Of a stretch of DNA of 62,285 bases, positions 29,064 to 38,821 are shown piece after piece. Below the pieces are notes generated by a model that ran no database searches, had not been told where the DNA came from, and was given only the letters and a program-made list of their open reading frames with translations. Each line of letters opens with the position of its first letter. The first letter of the stretch is position 1. The stretch spans positions 1 through 62,285 of the forward strand of contig JAUNBM010000006.1 in the NCBI GenBank assembly GCA_030527115.1, written 5' to 3'. The translations under genes and the position numbers were made by a program. The stretch comes from Clostridia bacterium. Lineage in GTDB: Bacteria > Bacillota > Clostridia > Christensenellales > CAG-138.

Positions 29064-29793
29064 GCCGGCAACCTCCATCGTTCTTATAGATGGCAACCGT
29101 TATATTGTCGCGGCTGTCGTTCTCGAGGGCGAGGCGTATAAGCTCGTCGCAGAGGGAGTCGACGTCGGGCTTTCTTTTTATCGCGTCCAAAAGCTCGCTC
29201 TCGCCGACTACGCCATGCAAGCCGTCGGAACAGAGGATCAGGATGTCGTCATCGTAAAGATAGTCGAAAAAGAGATCCAAATCCACGAGATCGGCTGTGC
29301 CGACCGCCCTGGTGATGAGGTTGCGATGGGGGTGAACGCGGGCTTCCTCGGCGGTGATAAGGCCAAGGTTAACCAGCTCCTGCACATAGGAGTGATCGAC
29401 GGTGACGGGGAAGAGCACGCCGGAGGCGTTCCTGTAAAGATAGAGCCGGGAATCTCCGACGTTTGCGGCAAAAAACATATCGCGCTTCGCTATTGCGCAA
29501 ACCAGGGTAGTGCCCATGCCCGCATAGTTTGGAGCTTGCTTCGAGGCTGAAAATACCGTGCGGTTGGCGTTTTTGAACAGCTCCTTTAAGAGGGCTTCGC
29601 AATTATCGCTGTGGGGCGAACGAATGCCCTCATATACGCTCTTTACGGTGAGTTCGCTGGCGACCGCGCCGGCGGAATGGCCGCCCATCCCGTCCGCAAC
29701 CGCAAGAAACACGCCCAAATCAAACTGGAGGGCAAGGCAGTTGTCCTCGTTATGAATGCGAGGCCCTTTTTCAGTTTTCGTTGCGTAACTCAT
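29053..29793 (-). CDS. stp: PP2C-type Ser/Thr phosphatase (Stp1/PrpC)
   Basis: NED, VADGMGG, NVGDSR, LCSDG, DNIT motifs; adjacent to pknB. Confidence 0.93.
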   Translation of the reverse strand: MSYATKTEKGPRIHNEDNCLALQFDLGVFLAVADGMGGHSAGAVASELTVKSVYEGIRSPHSDNCEALLKELFKNANRTVFSASKQAPNYAGMGTTLVCAIAKRDMFFAANVGDSRLYLYRNASGVLFPVTVDHSYVQELVNLGLITAEEARVHPHRNLITRAVGTADLVDLDLFFDYLYDDDILILCSDGLHGVVGESELLDAIKRKPDVDSLCDELIRLALENDSRDNITVAIYKNDGGCRHDR

Positions 29794-30820
29794 TCAGAAC
29801 CCTCCTGCGAAGCTGACCGCAAGCGCCGTCGATGTCCGCGCCCATCTCTCTCCTTACTGTAGCAGAAATATGCAGATCATTCAACCATTTGGCAAAGACT
29901 TCTGCGTTTTTTTTGCTAATACCGAGCAGATTCCGTTCCTTAACCGGGTTTAGCGGGATTAAATTCACATGGCAGAGAAGCCCCCTCAGAAGGGCGGCAA
30001 GCTGTTTGGCGTCCTCGATGGAGGAGTTTTTGCCCTCGATAAGCGCGTATTCAAAGACGACGCGGCGCTTGGTTTTGTCGGCGTAATATTTCGCCGCCTT
30101 GATGAGCTGTTCGAGCGGATAGGCGCGGTTTACCGGCATAAGCTCGCTCCGCTTTTCGTCCGTGGCGGCGTGCAGGGAGACGGAAAGCGTGACGTGCAAA
30201 GCTTCATCGGCAAGGCTGTAAATCTTGGGGACGAGCCCGCAGGTGGACAGGGATATGTTCCGCGGGCTGATTTTTAAAGCATCGGGCGAAACGCAGCGGC
30301 GCAGAAACGCCATGACGTTCTCATAGTTGTCCAAAGGCTCGCCGCTACCCATAAGCACGATATTGGTGATGAACCTCTCGCCCGGCGCGGGGGAGGGATT
30401 GTCGCGTTCAACCGCGGCGATAAACGACAGCATCTCGCCGGAGCTGAGATTCCTTATACAGCCTTCGAGCGTGGACGCGCAGAAGGCACAGCCCATGCGA
30501 CAGCCCACCTGCGTGGATATGCAGAGGGTGTTTCCATAGCGGTAGTGCATCAAAACGCCCTCGACTAAGTTGCCGTCATGAAGCTCAAACAGATATTTTA
30601 CCGTACCGTCCGCTTTGGAAACGAATTTGTCATAGATACGACAGCCCCCGAACGGATGCTTTTCCAGCTCCGTGCGGAGTGAAAGCGGCAGGTTGGTCAT
30701 ATGCTTCGGCTCTACGCCGCGATTCAGCCAGGAGTATACCTGTCCGGCGCGATAGGCGGGCTGTGCAAGCTCCAAAAGCAGGGCTTCAATCTCGTTTTTT
30801 TCCATATCCATCAGGAACAT
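29771..30820 (-). CDS. rlmN: 23S rRNA/tRNA C2-methyltransferase RlmN
   Basis: CxxxCxxC radical-SAM motif, MGSGEP, DIDGACGQL. Confidence 0.95.
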   Translation of the reverse strand: MFLMDMEKNEIEALLLELAQPAYRAGQVYSWLNRGVEPKHMTNLPLSLRTELEKHPFGGCRIYDKFVSKADGTVKYLFELHDGNLVEGVLMHYRYGNTLCISTQVGCRMGCAFCASTLEGCIRNLSSGEMLSFIAAVERDNPSPAPGERFITNIVLMGSGEPLDNYENVMAFLRRCVSPDALKISPRNISLSTCGLVPKIYSLADEALHVTLSVSLHAATDEKRSELMPVNRAYPLEQLIKAAKYYADKTKRRVVFEYALIEGKNSSIEDAKQLAALLRGLLCHVNLIPLNPVKERNLLGISKKNAEVFAKWLNDLHISATVRREMGADIDGACGQLRRRVLNELRNEN

Positions 30821-32067
30821 CGCTTAAGCACCGCATAGAAAAAACCGTCCACGCCGTCGGTATGGGGCATGAGCTGACGCATCTTACCCGGAACCGGCGC
30901 AAAGTTTCCATGTCCTTTCAAAAAGAGTTCAACCTGCCGTTCGTTCTCAACTGGCGAGATGGTGCAGGTGGAATAAACGAGAAGCCCGCCGGGTTTCACA
31001 TAGGCGCAACATATGCCGAGGATGGCGCTTTGCAGTTCTGCCAAAGAGCGGATATCGGCTTCGCTCTTTTTATACCTTATATCCGGCTTTTCATTCAAAA
31101 GGCCCAGCCCGGAGCAGGGAACGTCGAGCAGGACGACGTCAAAGCTCTTTTCGAGCGCGGGGTCATATACGGCGGCGTCGCCAAGACGAACATTAGCCGG
31201 AACGCTCAGGCGCGCCAGCGTGCTTTTAATCAGCTCAACGCGATGGGGAGCAAGGTCGCGGGCGTAAATATTCGCGGTTCCGCCGCTGAGCGAGTAGATG
31301 TAGGCGCTCTTACCGCCGGGAGCGGCGCATGCGTCAAGGACGGTTTTGCCGTGAAGCTCGCCTATGGCGCGGCAGACGCACATGGAGCCTTGACTCTGAA
31401 CCGTGCATTTCCCCTCGATAAAGGGCAAAAACTTCTCGATATCCAAACCCTGCTTCAAGCGCAGACAGTCGGAGACGATGGAGCCGGGCTCGAACGGGAC
31501 GGGCAGGGCGGCGGCAAGCTCATCGGTGGTAAAGGGATGCTGGGCGCGAAGCTCCATGCCGGTTTTGGGCGCAGAAAACAGCGCCCGCGTTCCGTCCAGG
31601 CCGAGAAAACCGGCAAAATGCCTTACCAGCCATTCGGGATAGCTGAATTCCAAGGAGAGCCGCAAAATCGGGTCGGAGGGAAGCTTCGGAAGCGCGGCGG
31701 GAGCGTCGGCGGCTATTTTTCTCAGCACGGCGTTCACAAGGCCGCCGCTTTCCCGCTTTCCGGTGCGCTTGCAAAGCGCAACAGCCGAATCCACGACGGC
31801 ATAGGGCGGGACGTTCATGTAGAGCAGGCGGCAGAGCGCGAGGCGAAGGATATTCCTCACCACGCGCTTTTGGCGGGCGCAGTAGTGGGAAAGGATATAA
31901 TCGAGGGTGAGCAGATGCTCAAGCAAGGTGTAGACGCAGGCGTAAACCGCCCGGCTCTTTTCGGAATCGAGCTTAGCGCTCTGTTCCTTTAAAACGAGAT
32001 TGGCATAGCCTCCGTCCTCTAAGATGGCGATTATGGCGTTCAGGCAAACGCGGTCGAGGTCGGTCAT
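30811..32067 (-). CDS. rsmB: 16S rRNA m5C967 methyltransferase RsmB
   Basis: NusB-like N-terminus, DACAAPGGK, DVPCSG, YSTCT, DGFF; start placed at MTDLD overlapping the fmt stop. Confidence 0.92.
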   Translation of the reverse strand: MTDLDRVCLNAIIAILEDGGYANLVLKEQSAKLDSEKSRAVYACVYTLLEHLLTLDYILSHYCARQKRVVRNILRLALCRLLYMNVPPYAVVDSAVALCKRTGKRESGGLVNAVLRKIAADAPAALPKLPSDPILRLSLEFSYPEWLVRHFAGFLGLDGTRALFSAPKTGMELRAQHPFTTDELAAALPVPFEPGSIVSDCLRLKQGLDIEKFLPFIEGKCTVQSQGSMCVCRAIGELHGKTVLDACAAPGGKSAYIYSLSGGTANIYARDLAPHRVELIKSTLARLSVPANVRLGDAAVYDPALEKSFDVVLLDVPCSGLGLLNEKPDIRYKKSEADIRSLAELQSAILGICCAYVKPGGLLVYSTCTISPVENERQVELFLKGHGNFAPVPGKMRQLMPHTDGVDGFFYAVLKRCS

Positions 32068-32993
32068 GTCAGCCGCCTGCCGCACAGGTCGTTGCCGCAG
32101 AGGATGCTCTTGCCGCTCATGCGCTTGCCGCCGGAGAGCTGTAAATCGCAAAGCTCCAGCCAGCCGTCGGCGCAACGAACGAATAATCCCTGCTTTGCGC
32201 TTCCCATAAGCGTCCCAAAAGGCGCGTCGGCAAGCTCAACGCAGTCTGCAAAACGGGTCGCCCAAATCTTTATCGGCAACTCGTCCAAATATGCAAAAGC
32301 GCCGGGCCACGGATTGACCCCGCGAACGAGGTTGTGGACGCGAAGGCGGGGGAGGGAAAAATCTATCCTGCCCGAATCGCGGGTGAGGGGCTTGCACCGC
32401 GTTGCGAGCTTTTCATCCTGGGGAACTCGAACGAGCGTTCCGTTGGAAATGCTGTCGATAACCGCGAGCAGAAGCCTTGAACCGATAACGGCAAGCCGCT
32501 CGGAAAGCTGTCCCGCCGTTTCGTCGGGGCGGATGGGGCAGGAATCCGAATTTAGAATATCTCCGGTGTCCATCCCTATATCGGTCATCATTATGGTAAC
32601 TCCCGTTTCCGTCTCGCCCTCGATTATCGCGGACTGAATCGGGGACGCTCCGCGATACTTCGGAAGGAGCGAGGCGTGAACGTTTATCGTCCCGTGGCGC
32701 GGAACGGACAGGTTCTCGCGGCTCAAAAGCTGGCCGAAGGCGGCGGTAACGCAAAGATCCGGGGCAAAGCTTTTGAGAGCGGCGACGCCCTCAGCGCTCT
32801 TTATGCGCTCAAACTGCATTACCGGAAGCCCGTGCTGGCGCGCCAGCGCCTTAACCGGCGGCGGAGTTAAAACCTGCCGCCGTCCAACGGGGCGGTCGGG
32901 CTGTGTGAAAACACAGATGGTATGCCGCCGCGAAATGAGGGCGTTCAGGCTTGGGAGCGCAAATTCGGGAGTTCCTAAAAAAGCGATTCTCAT
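32064..32993 (-). CDS. fmt: Methionyl-tRNA formyltransferase
   Basis: GTPEFA, TQPDRP, NVHASLLP.YRG. Confidence 0.96.
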   Translation of the reverse strand: MRIAFLGTPEFALPSLNALISRRHTICVFTQPDRPVGRRQVLTPPPVKALARQHGLPVMQFERIKSAEGVAALKSFAPDLCVTAAFGQLLSRENLSVPRHGTINVHASLLPKYRGASPIQSAIIEGETETGVTIMMTDIGMDTGDILNSDSCPIRPDETAGQLSERLAVIGSRLLLAVIDSISNGTLVRVPQDEKLATRCKPLTRDSGRIDFSLPRLRVHNLVRGVNPWPGAFAYLDELPIKIWATRFADCVELADAPFGTLMGSAKQGLFVRCADGWLELCDLQLSGGKRMSGKSILCGNDLCGRRLT

Positions 32994-33469
32994 TCTTCCT
33001 CCGAGTTTTGTTCAACAAAATCCTCCGGCGGTTCGGTAACGAGGTCGAGGTATACCTTTCCGTCCAGGTGGTCTAATTCGTGACAGACGGCGCGGGCAAA
33101 GAGGCCCTCGCCCTCATATTCGCGCACAGCTCCGGTGCGGTCGCACGCCCGGACTACGACATGATTCGGCCGCTCGACATAGCCCGATTTCCCGGGAAAT
33201 GACAAACAGCCCTCGTAGCCGCGCTGAAGCCCGTCCTGCGCTATTATCTCTGGGTTAATCAATTCAACCGTCCGCTCGCCGTCGTCGATAACCACGACCC
33301 GGCGCAAAACGCCGATCTGCGGGGCGGCAAGGCCAACGCCGTCCGCCTTATACATCGTGTCGAACATATCCTCGATAAGTATTTCCAGCTTGCGGTTAAA
33401 GTTAGTCACCTCGCGGCAGACCTTATAAAGGCAAGGATCTTTTTCCGTTCTAATCGTTCTAATACCCAT
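32990..33469 (-). CDS. def: Peptide deformylase
   Basis: GVGLAAPQ, EGCLS, HELDH. Confidence 0.97.
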   Translation of the reverse strand: MGIRTIRTEKDPCLYKVCREVTNFNRKLEILIEDMFDTMYKADGVGLAAPQIGVLRRVVVIDDGERTVELINPEIIAQDGLQRGYEGCLSFPGKSGYVERPNHVVVRACDRTGAVREYEGEGLFARAVCHELDHLDGKVYLDLVTEPPEDFVEQNSEEE

Positions 33470-33485
33470 AAAAACCTCCGAAGTG

Positions 33486-33514
33486 ATTATATATCAACCG
33501 CGCCAAAAAATCAA
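33486..33514 (-). promoter_or_regulatory. Sigma-A promoter of def operon
   Basis: Minus strand TTGATT-17bp-TATAAT. Confidence 0.65.
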
Positions 33515-33649
33515 ACAATATCATATCCTACCATCGGTTGAGTTTCTATCTCCAAGCGGTTGAGCGATTTTCCAAAACTCAACCAATTAGGTATAGCGCA
33601 ACCGGAAGTTTTGTGAGATAATCGGAACAAACAAAAGGAGGACGAAATT

Positions 33650-34651
33650 ATGAGTAACGACGCACAATCAATGGGGAAACGCATTGCGATGCTAAGAAAG
33701 GAAAAGGGCTGGACGCAGGAACAGCTCGCTGAGAAGCTTGGAGTATCCGCGCAGGCGGTATCCAAATGGGAAAACGACGTTTCCTGCCCCGATATAACCC
33801 TCTTGCCCCTGCTGGCAAGCACCTTGGGCGTGACGACGGACGAACTTTTGGGCATTGAGCCGATTGAGCCTCATGTCGTCGTAGTCGAGAATGACGGAAA
33901 GCGCAAAAAGAGCGATTGGAACTGGGAATTTAATTCCGGAAAGCGGAGTTCCATCATTACGGGCTGTATGCTCCTTTTGCTGGGGCTCATCTATCTGCTC
34001 GCAAATATCGAAGGAATCCCGATAACGACGGAGGGGAACTTCTGGTGGATAGTTCTTACGCTCACCCTGCTCGGCCTTGGAACCGGCAGTTTTCACAAGC
34101 GGTTTTCGTTTGCCGGGGCTGGGCTGATACTGTTCTCAGGCTACCTGTTCTATGTTAAGCTCATCAACCCGAGCGCCGGGCTGTCCTTCAATATCATCTG
34201 GCCGGTGGCGATAGTGCTTATCGGAATCGGAATGATAGCGCAGGTGTTTACGCGCCGGCACAGGGTTCACAGGGCGCACAGCGGGAGCAATAAAGTCGTT
34301 TCGGACTATTCCGATGAGAACGGTTATGTTCGCGCAACCTGCAGTTTTTGCGATGAAAAGGCGGAGTTTACAAAGCACGAGTTTCGCGGAGCGGATATAG
34401 ACGTTTCGTTTGGAAGCTATGTTTTGGACTTGAGTGAGGCGGAGACCTTTTCCGAGAATTGCGTTATCGAAGCGGACGTGAGCTTCGGAAGCTGCCGCAT
34501 CATCGTGCCCGAAATTGTAAACGTGGTTAAAAGCGTTGACAACAGCTTTGCATCCTGCTCAATCCATGGCAAGCCCGCCCCAAACGCCCCGTACACCGCC
34601 TATGTAAAGGGTGATATTTCGTTCGGAAGCATCGAAATCAGATACAAATAA
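33650..34651 (+). CDS. XRE HTH regulator fused to a LiaF/LiaI-like membrane segment and a DUF2154-like C-terminal domain
   Basis: TQEQLAEKLGVSAQAVSKWE HTH; four hydrophobic segments; repeated DVSFGS beta motifs. Confidence 0.78.
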   Translation: MSNDAQSMGKRIAMLRKEKGWTQEQLAEKLGVSAQAVSKWENDVSCPDITLLPLLASTLGVTTDELLGIEPIEPHVVVVENDGKRKKSDWNWEFNSGKRSSIITGCMLLLLGLIYLLANIEGIPITTEGNFWWIVLTLTLLGLGTGSFHKRFSFAGAGLILFSGYLFYVKLINPSAGLSFNIIWPVAIVLIGIGMIAQVFTRRHRVHRAHSGSNKVVSDYSDENGYVRATCSFCDEKAEFTKHEFRGADIDVSFGSYVLDLSEAETFSENCVIEADVSFGSCRIIVPEIVNVVKSVDNSFASCSIHGKPAPNAPYTAYVKGDISFGSIEIRYK

Positions 34652-34693
34652 AGATGGAAAGAGACCCTGTATTCAATCTTTAATAGCCCTTTT

Positions 34694-34714
34694 AGCCGCG
34701 CAAGCGGCTTTTTT
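34694..34714 (+). terminator. Rho-independent terminator
   Basis: AGCCGC-gcaa-GCGGCT followed by a T run. Confidence 0.65.
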
Positions 34715-34789
34715 AATTCCACAAAGCCCCATTTCCGGCGCAAACTCAGCAAAAAGGCCCGTTTTGCACATAATTAACCTATTACGCTA

Positions 34790-34818
34790 TTGCTGGAACC
34801 GCTGAAACCTGCTATAAT
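34790..34818 (+). promoter_or_regulatory. Probable promoter of LRR protein gene (long leader)
   Basis: TTGCTG-17bp-TATAAT with extended TG, ~180 nt before the ATG. Confidence 0.5.
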
Positions 34819-35001
34819 TTAAAAATAAATTAAAGATGGCGCAAATATTGCCGTGCCGCAACCCTCTGATTTAGCTGTCAACGCCGCAGAGGACGCAATA
34901 TAAGCGCAAAAGAGCAAAGCAGGCGGCGTCACCGGACGTGAAACGGGTTCAACTTTCACAAGGCGTATTGAGATGTAAAATATTTTAGGAGGGCTCCCGA
35001 C

Positions 35002-37659
35002 ATGAAAAAACTGCTGACTATCCTTTTATCGCTGATGCTGATTGCAACGCTGTTGCCCGCAACGTCCGTTGCTGTGGGAGAAGTGCAAGCCGCAAATTCC
35101 GGAGCCGTCACGATTGACGCGAACGACGAGCCCCCGCTTGAGCCGCTTTCATTTGAGGGCGACTATGAGTATTCGGTTTCATACGGCGAGGCCACGATTA
35201 CGGGCTATACGGGCGCGGGCGGGGATATCGTGATTCCCTCAACCCTCGGCGGGCATAGGGTGACAGGCATAGGCGACTCCGCGTTTGAATATTGCAAAAC
35301 GCTGACCTCGGTTGTATTCCCCGAGACGATAGAAAGCATAGGCGACCTTGCGTTTGGCTGGTGCGAATCGCTCGAGTCCATAGACTTCCCCGATTCGCTA
35401 ACCGAAATAGGAGCATCCGCGTTCACGTTCAACGGCTCGCTGACTGAAATCGTCATCCCCGGCTCCGTAACGAGCATAGGCAAATCCGCCTTCGATTCGT
35501 GCGCGTCGCTGAGCAGGCTCACTATTGAAAACGGGGTGACGAGCATAGGCGATGAGGCGTTCTACACTTGTAGCTCGCTGACCGAAATTGTCATTCCCGA
35601 CTCAGTAACCGAAATAGGCCGTTCCGCCTTTTTTGCAACAGGCTGGTATGATAATCACCCGATAGGGCTTCTGTATCTAAACAACTGCTTGCTGGGCTGC
35701 AAAGGCGTTCCGCCGAGCGGTGATATTGCCATAGAGGAGGGAACGAGGCTCATCGCCGGATATGCGTTCGACGAGTGGACTGCGCTGACCTCCATTGCTG
35801 TTCCGGCATCGGTTAAAAGCATCAGCGAATATGCGCTGTTCGGAAAACTTCCGGCTCTTACCCATATTGATGTGTCGGAAAGCAACCCGTACTACAAGGA
35901 TATAGATGGGGTGCTGTTTTCCCAGGACGGCGCAACCTTGCTTGCCTATCCCGAGGGCAAGCCTGAAACGAGCTATGCCATCCCCGACACGGTAATAAGA
36001 ATAGGGGCGGGCGCGTTTTCATTCGATTACGAGCTTGCGTCCGTCACACTTCCCGATTCGCTCAAGAGCATAGGCGCATATGCGTTCAACTGTTGCTACG
36101 CGCTGAAGGAGCTTGCCCTCCCCGACGGCTTAACCCTCATAGGCGAGGCGGCATTCTCGCAATGCGATTCGCTGGCGGCTGTCAACATCCCCAACACGGT
36201 TGAAAGAATAGGGACGGGCGCTTTTGCTTTCAATTATGCGCTGACCGAAATAGCCATCCCCGGCTCGGTCGCAAGCATAGCCGATTCCGCGTTCTATGAT
36301 TGCAAAGCGTTAAGCGCGGTGACCCTTGAAAACGGCGTCACGAGCATCGGAAAGAGCGCGTTTTATATGTGCGAATCGCTGACTTCCATCGTCCTGCCGG
36401 ACTCTGTCACAAACATAGACGAGGGCGCGTTTCATATGTGCGAATCGCTGACCTCGATAACGATTCCCAACTCCGTTGCAAGAATCGACCGTTTCGCCTT
36501 CCTCGACACGGGTTGGTATAACGATCAACCCGCAGGACTTCTGTATCTGGACAACTGCCTGATCGGGCATAAGGGCGATTTGCCGGGAGGCGCGCTCATC
36601 ATAGAGGAGGGCACGAGGCTGATTGCGGATTATGCGTTCCATAGCTCTGAGCTGATTACTTCCCTGTCCATTCCGGCTTCGGTCGAGCGCATAGGCAATC
36701 ATTCCTTTAGCAGCTGTAAGGCGCTAACCTCGGTTACCATACCGAACTCGGTTGTAAGCATAGGCGAGTCAGCGTTTGAATACTGCGAATTGCTGACTTC
36801 AATCTCCATTTCATCCTCGGTCAGGAGCATAGGCAACGCCGCGTTTAGGGGTTGCTTCTCGCTGACTTCCATAAACCTTCCTGCTTCAGTCGTAAGCATA
36901 GGCGATTATGCGTTCTTCGATTGCTACGGTCTAAACTCAATCACCCTGCCCAACTCGGTCAGGAGCATAGGCGATTCGGCGTTCTACTGGTGCGCCGCGC
37001 TGACCTCCATAACCATCCCCGGCTCGGTCACGAGCATAGGGAGCCATGCGTTCTTCGGGTGCGACGCCTTAAACGCGGTCACCTTTGAGGGCGCGCCGCC
37101 GAGTGAATTTGGAAGCAGAGCGTTCTATGATGAAGATGGCAGTCCCCTTAACGTCACCCTGTATTATTACGATGAATATGCGCACCTCTGGGCGCCGAAC
37201 GGGGAAACCACATGGGAAGGCTATAAGCTTTCGGAGTTGCTAATGGATTACTTTGTCGTAGTCAATCCGGACGGTAGCATCAGCAGGCAGTATGCCGAAA
37301 TAGACGAGGATAATTGCATCATCACCAACCTCCCGCCGAACACGACGGCGGAACAGCTTGCAACGAAGTTAGGAGCGGACGTTGGCTCGCTTTCGGGCAA
37401 GCTCAAAACGGGCGATAAGGTGACGGTGAATGACACGGAATACACGGTGATAGTCATGGGCGATGTAGACAGCAACGGCGACGTAAACGCAATGGACGCG
37501 GCGTCTGTGCTTCGCGCAATAGTCCGCCTGATAACCCTTAATTCCGAGCAAGCGCAAGCGGCAAACACAAGCTTTTCAAATACCTACAGCGCCGCCGACG
37601 CGGCGTCAATCCTCCGCTTTATCGTCCGCCTCGAAGCTACGCTCGGCAAGGTTGAGTAA
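35002..37659 (+). CDS. BspA-type leucine-rich repeat surface protein with C-terminal dockerin
   Basis: Signal peptide; many C..L.SI.IP.SV.SIG..AF repeats; tail GDVDSNGDVNAMDAASVLR...AADAASILR. Confidence 0.9.
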   Translation: MKKLLTILLSLMLIATLLPATSVAVGEVQAANSGAVTIDANDEPPLEPLSFEGDYEYSVSYGEATITGYTGAGGDIVIPSTLGGHRVTGIGDSAFEYCKTLTSVVFPETIESIGDLAFGWCESLESIDFPDSLTEIGASAFTFNGSLTEIVIPGSVTSIGKSAFDSCASLSRLTIENGVTSIGDEAFYTCSSLTEIVIPDSVTEIGRSAFFATGWYDNHPIGLLYLNNCLLGCKGVPPSGDIAIEEGTRLIAGYAFDEWTALTSIAVPASVKSISEYALFGKLPALTHIDVSESNPYYKDIDGVLFSQDGATLLAYPEGKPETSYAIPDTVIRIGAGAFSFDYELASVTLPDSLKSIGAYAFNCCYALKELALPDGLTLIGEAAFSQCDSLAAVNIPNTVERIGTGAFAFNYALTEIAIPGSVASIADSAFYDCKALSAVTLENGVTSIGKSAFYMCESLTSIVLPDSVTNIDEGAFHMCESLTSITIPNSVARIDRFAFLDTGWYNDQPAGLLYLDNCLIGHKGDLPGGALIIEEGTRLIADYAFHSSELITSLSIPASVERIGNHSFSSCKALTSVTIPNSVVSIGESAFEYCELLTSISISSSVRSIGNAAFRGCFSLTSINLPASVVSIGDYAFFDCYGLNSITLPNSVRSIGDSAFYWCAALTSITIPGSVTSIGSHAFFGCDALNAVTFEGAPPSEFGSRAFYDEDGSPLNVTLYYYDEYAHLWAPNGETTWEGYKLSELLMDYFVVVNPDGSISRQYAEIDEDNCIITNLPPNTTAEQLATKLGADVGSLSGKLKTGDKVTVNDTEYTVIVMGDVDSNGDVNAMDAASVLRAIVRLITLNSEQAQAANTSFSNTYSAADAASILRFIVRLEATLGKVE

Positions 37660-37703
37660 GTAACGATGGAACGGGCGCGGGGCTAAGGCTCAACGCGCAA
37701 ATG

Positions 37704-37746
37704 AAATTCCCGCTTTGCCGCTTTGAAACGGTAAGGCGGGAATCTT
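37704..37746. terminator. Bidirectional terminator between convergent genes
   Basis: ATTCCCGCTTTGCCG/CGGTAAGGCGGGAAT stem. Confidence 0.65.
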
Positions 37747-37780
37747 GCTTTTAAATGCGTAACCGGCGGCCTTTCGCGCT

Positions 37781-38818
37781 TTATCTCGATGTGGGCTGGG
37801 ACTTCTCGGCGGGCTTATTCTGCGGTCGCTTTTGCCTTCTGTTTCGGTTAAAGCCGCCTTTTTTGGGCTGATGCGGTTCCTCGTTTGAGGGCTTTTCAGC
37901 TTGCTCCTGGGGCGGAGCCTTTGGGCGCGGCTTCTGTGGCTCGCGGGGGCGGGGCGGCTTTTCCGGCTCGGTGCGGGCGGGGGAGACGGGAATCTTTGGC
38001 GCGGGTTCGCCCTCGGAGGCGAGAAGCGTATAGTGGTATTCGCGAACGTCGATGGTGCCGTCGTCCATGGTGAGGCGCACCTTAGTTTTTTCGGTAATAA
38101 CGTCGTTGTCAACCACCGTGCCTATTCCGTCGGCGGTTACCACGGTCTTGCCCAGCTTCGGCATCTTCTTGTGCATGGTCTCATAGGCTTCCTGCTCGTA
38201 TTGCAGACAGCACATCAGCCTGCCGCACAGACCCGAAATCTTTGTGGGGCTGAGCGAAAGATTCTGCTCCTTTGCCATCTTGATACTGACCGGGCGAAAA
38301 TCGTCCAAAAAAGTTTTGCAACAGACGGGGCGGCCGCAGGAACCAAGTCCGCCGAGCATCTTCGCCTCATCGCGAACTCCGATCTGCCTAAGTTCGATGC
38401 GGGTTTTAAAGTGGAACGCGAGGTCTTTCACCAGCTCGCGGAAATCCACCCGCTCGTCGGCGGTAAAATAGAATACCACCTTGCTCCCGTTGAAGGTGTA
38501 TTCGGCGTCGACAAGCTTCATATCGAGCTTATGCGCCGCTACTCTTTGCTGGCAAAGCGCGAGCGCATCGGCCTCCTTTGCGGAATACTCGGCGCGCATC
38601 CGCGTGTCCTCGGGGGTTGCGATGCGGAGAACGGGCTTGAGCGGAGCGATAAGCTCGCCGGGCTCAAGCTCCTTGATGTTCGAAGAGGCTTCTCCGTATT
38701 CGGTGCCGCGCGCAGTCTCCACGATTACGCCGTCGCCTTGTTTGATATTAAAATCGAGCGGGTCGAAATAATAGCTTCTGCCGCTGGTTTTGAACTTAAC
38801 TTCGATTACTTTTACCAT
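37781..38818 (-). CDS. yaaT: PSP1/YaaT (RicT) family protein
   Basis: RVDFRELVKDL, RIELRQIGVRDEAK, CGRP.CC, SG.CGRLMCCL motifs; follows holB. Confidence 0.92.
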   Translation of the reverse strand: MVKVIEVKFKTSGRSYYFDPLDFNIKQGDGVIVETARGTEYGEASSNIKELEPGELIAPLKPVLRIATPEDTRMRAEYSAKEADALALCQQRVAAHKLDMKLVDAEYTFNGSKVVFYFTADERVDFRELVKDLAFHFKTRIELRQIGVRDEAKMLGGLGSCGRPVCCKTFLDDFRPVSIKMAKEQNLSLSPTKISGLCGRLMCCLQYEQEAYETMHKKMPKLGKTVVTADGIGTVVDNDVITEKTKVRLTMDDGTIDVREYHYTLLASEGEPAPKIPVSPARTEPEKPPRPREPQKPRPKAPPQEQAEKPSNEEPHQPKKGGFNRNRRQKRPQNKPAEKSQPTSR

Positions 38819-38821
38819 AAT

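Noticed and set aside
30679-31992. 437-aa plus-strand ORF (likewise 37901..39253, 40370..41506, 42518..43636)
   Set aside because: Antisense to well-supported housekeeping genes
34836-34925. c-di-GMP-I riboswitch
   Set aside because: GCAAA and GACGCAA fragments are present but the GAAA tetraloop P2 and P3 arrangement is not; kept only as an unclassified structured leader
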